Of a stretch of DNA of 64,000 nucleotides, positions 58,425 to 64,000 are shown piece after piece. Position 1 is the first letter of the stretch. The number at the start of each line of letters is the position of its first letter. The stretch comes from Bacteroidota bacterium. Lineage in GTDB: Bacteria; Bacteroidota; Bacteroidia; UBA4408. Location of the stretch: positions 927,141 to 991,140 of the forward strand of contig JADKHO010000002.1 in NCBI GenBank assembly GCA_016721765.1, given 5' to 3'. A model generated the notes under the pieces. That model ran no database searches. It was not told where the DNA came from and saw only the letters and a list, made by a program, of their open reading frames with translations. The position numbers and the translations under genes were made by a program.

Positions 58425-61265
58425 ATGCCATTAGATAAATCCATTAAATCAGTATTAATCATCGGAAGCGGACCCATTGTTATTGGACAAGCTTGTGAAT
58501 TTGATTACAGCGGGTCACAGTCGGCTCGTTCGCTTAAGGAGGAAGGTATTGAAGTGAGTTTAATCAACTCCAATCCGGCTACCATCATGACCGATAAGGT
58601 GACAGCCGACCATGTGTACTTGCTTCCGCTTACTACGCAAAGCATTGTTAAAATATTGCAAGAGCGTAAAATTGATGCTGTACTTCCAACTATGGGCGGG
58701 CAAACTGCGCTAAACCTCTGCATTAAAGCAGATGAAATGGGCATTTGGAAAAAATACGGTGTAAAGTTGATTGGGGTGGATATTGCTGCAATAGAGATTA
58801 CGGAAAATCGTGAGAAATTCCGCCAATTGATGATTGATATTGGAATTGGCGTTGCACCTTCCGAAACGGCTAACTCTTTTTTGGAAGGGAAAGAGATTGC
58901 TCAGCGCATTGGCTTTCCATTAGTTATAAGACCTTCCTACACCTTGGGTGGTACTGGAGCTTCATTTGTGCACACCCGCGAAGAATTTGACGAATTATTG
59001 AATCGCGGATTACACGCCTCTCCTATTCACGAAGTGCTTATTGATAAAGCCGTTTTGGGTTGGAAAGAATACGAGTTAGAATTGTTGCGCGATAACAATG
59101 ATAATGTTACCATCATTTGCAGCATCGAAAATTTTGATCCCATGGGAATCCATACCGGCGATTCCATTACAGTTGCGCCTGCCATGACCTTAAGCGACAC
59201 TACATTTCAGCGTTTGCGCACTATGGCCATAAAAATGATGCGCAGCATTGGAAATTTTGCCGGTGGTTGTAATGTTCAATTTGCGGTGAGCCCGGACGAA
59301 AAGGAAGAAATTATTGCCATCGAAATTAACCCACGTGTTTCACGTTCATCAGCCTTAGCAAGCAAAGCAACCGGTTATCCCATTGCCCGCATTGCTTCCA
59401 AATTGGCTATTGGGTATAATTTAGACGAACTTAAAAATCCAATTACTGGGAATACCTCCGCATTTTTTGAACCTACCTTAGATTATGTTATCGTGAAAAT
59501 TCCGCGTTGGAATTTTGATAAATTTAAAGGAGCTAATCGTGAACTCGGCTTGCAAATGAAATCGGTGGGTGAGGTAATGGCCATTGGGCGTACCTTTCAG
59601 GAAGCATTGCAAAAAGCGTGTCAAAGTTTGGAGATTAAACGTAATGGTTTGGGAGCCGATGGAAGAGAACTTCGCAATCAGGATGAGTTGTTAACCAGCT
59701 TAGCAAAACCCAGTTGGAACAGGCTTTTCCATATTTATGATGCACTTAAATTAGGCATCTCTTTTAAGACCATTCAAAAATTAACTTTGATAGACCCTTG
59801 GTTTCTCAATCAAATTGAAGAATTGGTGAATCTCGAAAAAGAGATTACGTCTTATACACTCGCCGATATTCCGGCAGAAGTAATTTTTATTGCCAAGCAA
59901 AAAGGGTATGCGGATCGTCAAATTGCCCACTTACTGCGTTGCTTGGAGAGTGAGGTGTACAAGAAACGAAACGATTTAAACATTAAACGTGTTTACAAAT
60001 TAGTGGATACTTGTGCCGGCGAATTTACAGCGCAAACACCTTATTACTATTCCACTTTCGAAAATCCGCCTTTGCAAGGTGAGGTGCTAACGAACGAATC
60101 GATAGCCAGCAAAAAGAAAAAAGTTATAGTGTTGGGTTCAGGCCCAAATCGCATTGGACAGGGAATTGAATTTGATTACAGCTGTGTGCACGGAATTTTG
60201 GCAGCGAAGGAATGCGGGTATGAAACCATCATGATAAATTGCAATCCAGAAACAGTTTCTACGGATTTTAGCACAGCGGATAAATTGTATTTCGAGCCGG
60301 TTTTTTGGGAACATATTTACGATATAATTCTGCACGAAAAACCCGATGGCGTGATTGTTCAACTTGGTGGACAAACGGCATTAAAGTTGGCAGAGAAATT
60401 AAATCGATACGGAATTAAAATTTTGGGAACAACCTATCATGCGCTCGATTTAGCTGAAGACCGAGGAAGTTTTTCGACATTGCTGAAAGAGAACAATATT
60501 CCCTATCCTAAGTTTGGAGTGATTGAAGATGCAGAGCAGTCGATAGAACTGGCAAGGGAGCTTGGCTTTCCGCTGTTGGTGCGACCCTCGTATGTGTTGG
60601 GCGGACAAGGCATGAAAATCGTGATAAACGAGCAAGAGTTGGAAACACACGTGGTGAATATTTTAAAAGATATTCCCGAGAACAAAGTATTGTTGGATCA
60701 TTTTTTAGAGCGTGCCTTGGAGGCTGAGGCCGATGCTATTTGCGACGGTGAGGATGTTTACATTATTGGTATTATGGAACACATTGAGCCGGCCGGGATA
60801 CATTCGGGCGATTCGTATGCGGTGCTTCCACCTTTTGATTTGAGTGAAGGAGTGATTAAACAGATTGAAGAATACACCAAAAAAATAGCCATTGCCTTAA
60901 AAACGGTGGGCTTAATTAATATACAATTTGCCATAAAAAATGAAGTGGTGTATGTGATTGAAGCCAATCCACGTGCATCTCGTACGGTACCCTTTATTGC
61001 AAAAGCATATGATGAACCTTATGTAAATTACGCCACAAAAATAATGTTGGGCGAAAAAAAGGTGAAGGATTTTAAATTTAATCCGCGCAAGCAAGGTTAT
61101 GCCATTAAAATTCCGGTTTTTAGTTTTGAAAAATTTCCGGAAGTAAATAAAGAGTTGGGACCTGAAATGAAATCCACAGGTGAATCCATTTATTTTATTG
61201 AGGATTTAACGGATGAATATTTTCACCAGATTTATTCTGAACGAAATCTTTATTTGAGTCGCTAA
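58425..61265 (+). CDS. carB: Carbamoyl-phosphate synthase large subunit
   Basis: It has two ATP-grasp halves with conserved motifs and an oligomerisation domain between them. It is 946 aa. Confidence 0.95.
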   Translation: MPLDKSIKSVLIIGSGPIVIGQACEFDYSGSQSARSLKEEGIEVSLINSNPATIMTDKVTADHVYLLPLTTQSIVKILQERKIDAVLPTMGGQTALNLCIKADEMGIWKKYGVKLIGVDIAAIEITENREKFRQLMIDIGIGVAPSETANSFLEGKEIAQRIGFPLVIRPSYTLGGTGASFVHTREEFDELLNRGLHASPIHEVLIDKAVLGWKEYELELLRDNNDNVTIICSIENFDPMGIHTGDSITVAPAMTLSDTTFQRLRTMAIKMMRSIGNFAGGCNVQFAVSPDEKEEIIAIEINPRVSRSSALASKATGYPIARIASKLAIGYNLDELKNPITGNTSAFFEPTLDYVIVKIPRWNFDKFKGANRELGLQMKSVGEVMAIGRTFQEALQKACQSLEIKRNGLGADGRELRNQDELLTSLAKPSWNRLFHIYDALKLGISFKTIQKLTLIDPWFLNQIEELVNLEKEITSYTLADIPAEVIFIAKQKGYADRQIAHLLRCLESEVYKKRNDLNIKRVYKLVDTCAGEFTAQTPYYYSTFENPPLQGEVLTNESIASKKKKVIVLGSGPNRIGQGIEFDYSCVHGILAAKECGYETIMINCNPETVSTDFSTADKLYFEPVFWEHIYDIILHEKPDGVIVQLGGQTALKLAEKLNRYGIKILGTTYHALDLAEDRGSFSTLLKENNIPYPKFGVIEDAEQSIELARELGFPLLVRPSYVLGGQGMKIVINEQELETHVVNILKDIPENKVLLDHFLERALEAEADAICDGEDVYIIGIMEHIEPAGIHSGDSYAVLPPFDLSEGVIKQIEEYTKKIAIALKTVGLINIQFAIKNEVVYVIEANPRASRTVPFIAKAYDEPYVNYATKIMLGEKKVKDFKFNPRKQGYAIKIPVFSFEKFPEVNKELGPEMKSTGESIYFIEDLTDEYFHQIYSERNLYLSR

Positions 61266-61283
61266 TTAAAAGAGTTTTAAAAA

Positions 61284-61835
61284 ATGAAAGATTTAGCATT
61301 TCCGGAATTGCACACCGAGCGACTTATCCTGAGGCAAGTTTCAGAAAGCGATGTGGCCGAAATATTTTTTTTGCGATCAGATGAAAGGCAATTAAAATAC
61401 CTGGATAAAAAACCCGCAACGAGCACAGAGGAAGCCCTTACATGGATTCGTATGATTGAAGATTTGCAGCAGAAGGAAGAGGGATATATGTGGGCTATTT
61501 GTTTGAAAAATAATCCCAAACTTATTGGTACATTTTGCTTTTGGAACATTCAAAAAGAGAATTTTCGAGCCGAAATTGGTTATTCACTTCATCCCGATTT
61601 TCAAGGAAAAGGAATTATGGACGAAACCATAAAAGCGGCACTGGATTTTGGTTTTAAGCAGCTCAAGTTTCATTCGGTGGAAGCCAATGTGAATCCGGCC
61701 AACGAAAAATCTATTCAGCTCCTACAACGAAATAATTTTGTAAAAGAGGCACATTTTAAAGAAAACTATTATTTTGATGGAAAATTTATTGATTCGGCTA
61801 TCTACTCCTTACTCGCATCGGTGCATTTAAAATAA
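61284..61835 (+). CDS. GNAT family N-acetyltransferase (RimJ/RimL-like)
   Basis: It has the Acetyltransf_3 pattern and is 183 aa. Confidence 0.75.
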   Translation: MKDLAFPELHTERLILRQVSESDVAEIFFLRSDERQLKYLDKKPATSTEEALTWIRMIEDLQQKEEGYMWAICLKNNPKLIGTFCFWNIQKENFRAEIGYSLHPDFQGKGIMDETIKAALDFGFKQLKFHSVEANVNPANEKSIQLLQRNNFVKEAHFKENYYFDGKFIDSAIYSLLASVHLK

Positions 61836-61865
61836 TAAATTTGTAGTCATTTAATTCTTCAACAA

Positions 61866-62093
61866 ATGCAAGATTTTTTGCTCACCCTTGTGGTAGTTTA
61901 TGTGCTCTTCCGCATTTTTGGTAGGAGTTCAACTGCACCAAAATCAACAGTCCATTTTACACAAAACAATTTTAATGCTTCCGAAAAAAAGCCGGATGGT
62001 AAAGTAAGTGTTGATTATATTCCTGAAAACAAATCCACAAAAACTAAAACCAACGAATCAGGTGATTATGTTGATTATGAAGAAGTGCAATAA
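61866..62093 (+). CDS. Small hypothetical protein with N-terminal TM helix
   Basis: The protein is 75 aa with the hydrophobic segment LLTLVVVYVLFRIF followed by a charged tail. Confidence 0.3.
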   Translation: MQDFLLTLVVVYVLFRIFGRSSTAPKSTVHFTQNNFNASEKKPDGKVSVDYIPENKSTKTKTNESGDYVDYEEVQ

Positions 62094-62135
62094 GTTTTTC
62101 TATTTTTACCCTTTACTAAAAAATCAATTTAACGT

Positions 62136-64000
62136 ATGACATTCAATTTTAAAAAATTAATTCCGCATGCTGTTGCCATTGTGGGGTTTATACTTGTTAC
62201 GCTAGTTTTCTTTAGCCCACTGCTCGAAGGCAAAAAACTAAAGCAATCGGATGTGAGCAATTTTAAAGGCATGTCGAAAGAAATTTCCGATTATCGTGCC
62301 GCTCATCCCGGGGAAGAACCCTTGTGGACCAACTCTATGTTTAGTGGGATGCCGGCCTATCAAATTTCGGTTTTGTATCCTTCTAACCTCGTAAAAAGTG
62401 TTACCAAATTGCTTTCTTTTGGTACACCACACCCTTCTTCTATAATTTTATTGTGCTTTCTTGGTTTTTATTTTTTGCTGATTGTTCTAGGCGCAAGTCC
62501 TTTATTGGCGGGCGTAGGAGCAATTGCATTTGGGCTCTCTTCTTACTTTTTGATTTTGATTGAAGCAGGTCACAATCCTAAGGGATACGCCATTGCATAT
62601 ATGGCGCCTGTAGTTGCAGGTATTTTGCTTACCTATCGTGGTAAATTACTGTTGGGTGCGGCTGTTACGGCTTTCATGCTTTCGCTTGAATTATCTGCAA
62701 ACCACTTACAAATTACCTATTATTTAATGCTGTGTATTGGTATTTTAGTTTTAGTTGAATTGGTGGATGCAGTAAAAAATAAGACACTTCCTACATTTTT
62801 TAAAGCCTCAGCCTTGTTGCTTGTAGCAGCACTTTTGGCTGTAGGACCCAACTTAACCAACCTTTGGGTAACAGCCGATTACGGAAAATACACTACACGT
62901 GGTACATCCGATTTAACGCACGATAAGGACAACAAAACTTCGGGACTCGATAAAGATTATGCAACTGCTTGGAGTTACGGTCAGGGTGAAAGCTTTTCGC
63001 TGATGATTCCAAATTTTAATGGAGGCGCTTCTGGTGCTATTGGGGATAATAAAAGTGCTTTAAAAAATGTAGATCCTGAATTCAAACAATACATCGCCAA
63101 TGTGGATTCCTATTTTGGAAATCAACCTTTTACTTCGGGGCCGGTGTATGCGGGAGCATTGGTTTGTTTTCTTTTTGTGTTGGGATTATTTATTGTAAAA
63201 AGCAATATGCGTTGGTGGTTGCTTGCGGCTACTTTGTTTTCGATCATGTTGGGATGGGGTAAAAATTTTATGCCTTTAACCGAATTTTTCCTCGATCATT
63301 TTCCGGGCTATAATAAATTTCGTGCGGTATCGATGATACTTGTAATTGCAGAGTTTACCATCCCGCTTTTGGCAATATTGGCTGTGATGGAAGTTATTGC
63401 CAATCCTAGCATCTTAAAAGAAAAACGCAAACAGTTTTACATTGCCTTTGGACTTACTGGAGGTTTGTGTTTTGTTTTTTATTTGATGCCCGATATGTTT
63501 ATGGATTTCTTTAAAGTAGGCGAATACAATGACATTAGTTCACAACTTAAAAAGAGTCAACTTAGTCCTGACCAAGTGAATCTATTTTTAGCCGGTGTGG
63601 AAGAAGCGCGCAGAAGTATTTTTAATGCGGATGCATTGCGCAGTTTCTTTTTTATTTTACTAGGTGCAGGTTTGATGTTCTTTTATTCCATTAAAAGTTT
63701 CAATAAAAATATCTTAATTGGAGCACTCGGATTTTTGATCTTGATAGATATGTGGGTGGTGGATAAACGCTACATGAACAAAGATAATTTTGTAACGAAA
63801 AGTTTGGTGGATGAGCCTTTTGAAATGACTCAAGCTAATCTTCAAATATTGGAAGATAAAGATCCCAACTTTAGGGTTTACAATACTACGGTTAGCACGT
63901 TTAATGATGCAAGCACTTCTTATTACCACAAATCAATTGGAGGATACCATGGTGCGAAGTTGAAGCGTTATCAGGAATTAATAGAAATGCAAATCAGCAA
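62136..64000 (+). CDS. YfhO-family polytopic membrane protein (partial, runs off the window)
   Basis: There is an ATG at 62136. The frame is stop-free to the window end and is not in the ORF track. It has multiple TM helices. Confidence 0.6.
   Translation, partial: MTFNFKKLIPHAVAIVGFILVTLVFFSPLLEGKKLKQSDVSNFKGMSKEISDYRAAHPGEEPLWTNSMFSGMPAYQISVLYPSNLVKSVTKLLSFGTPHPSSIILLCFLGFYFLLIVLGASPLLAGVGAIAFGLSSYFLILIEAGHNPKGYAIAYMAPVVAGILLTYRGKLLLGAAVTAFMLSLELSANHLQITYYLMLCIGILVLVELVDAVKNKTLPTFFKASALLLVAALLAVGPNLTNLWVTADYGKYTTRGTSDLTHDKDNKTSGLDKDYATAWSYGQGESFSLMIPNFNGGASGAIGDNKSALKNVDPEFKQYIANVDSYFGNQPFTSGPVYAGALVCFLFVLGLFIVKSNMRWWLLAATLFSIMLGWGKNFMPLTEFFLDHFPGYNKFRAVSMILVIAEFTIPLLAILAVMEVIANPSILKEKRKQFYIAFGLTGGLCFVFYLMPDMFMDFFKVGEYNDISSQLKKSQLSPDQVNLFLAGVEEARRSIFNADALRSFFFILLGAGLMFFYSIKSFNKNILIGALGFLILIDMWVVDKRYMNKDNFVTKSLVDEPFEMTQANLQILEDKDPNFRVYNTTVSTFNDASTSYYHKSIGGYHGAKLKRYQELIEMQIS

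Overview
This window looks like a Bacteroidota chromosome segment; that call is an inference from the many T9SS-type C-terminal sorting domains, the SusC/TonB-style σ/anti-σ cluster and the integrase architecture. The core part carries housekeeping and regulatory genes: a LytTR two-component pair, an HxlR regulator plus an LLM oxidoreductase, an FAD/Rieske oxidoreductase, trxA, an ECF-σ/FecR/TonB receptor cluster, tRNA-Pro, an amidohydrolase, a VapBC-like pair, rpmH, carB, a GNAT gene and a partial YfhO gene. Interrupting it is a ~30.5 kb integrative element at about 12976-43563, inserted at the 3' end of a tRNA-Asp gene. A 20-bp direct repeat (TTTTCGAGCGGTCCGGACGG) is present at both ends, with a tyrosine integrase at the left end and a small HTH (excisionase-like) gene at the right end. 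The element carries a dense, AT-rich defence island. It has three tandem ThsB-like TIR (DUF1863) genes. It has a type I R-M operon (hsdM-hsdS ... hsdR) with four extra genes packed between hsdS and hsdR: a TIR-domain protein, a small SLOG/LOG-like protein, another TIR-like protein and a GmrSD-type (DUF262/DUF1524) type IV enzyme. Downstream is a further cluster of uncharacterised genes (a membrane protein, a RES-like protein with a small TM partner, an unknown protein and an HNH-nuclease protein), bracketed by a ~32-bp inverted repeat. The TIR/SLOG module nested in the R-M operon, with no SIR2 or Macro effector anywhere in the window, is the best candidate for an undescribed Thoeris-like system. 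Other notable points are a 2-kb non-coding region with a 4× 42-bp-periodic iteron array, two genes broken by single in-frame stops, and a tandem-repeat-rich intergenic region next to trxA.
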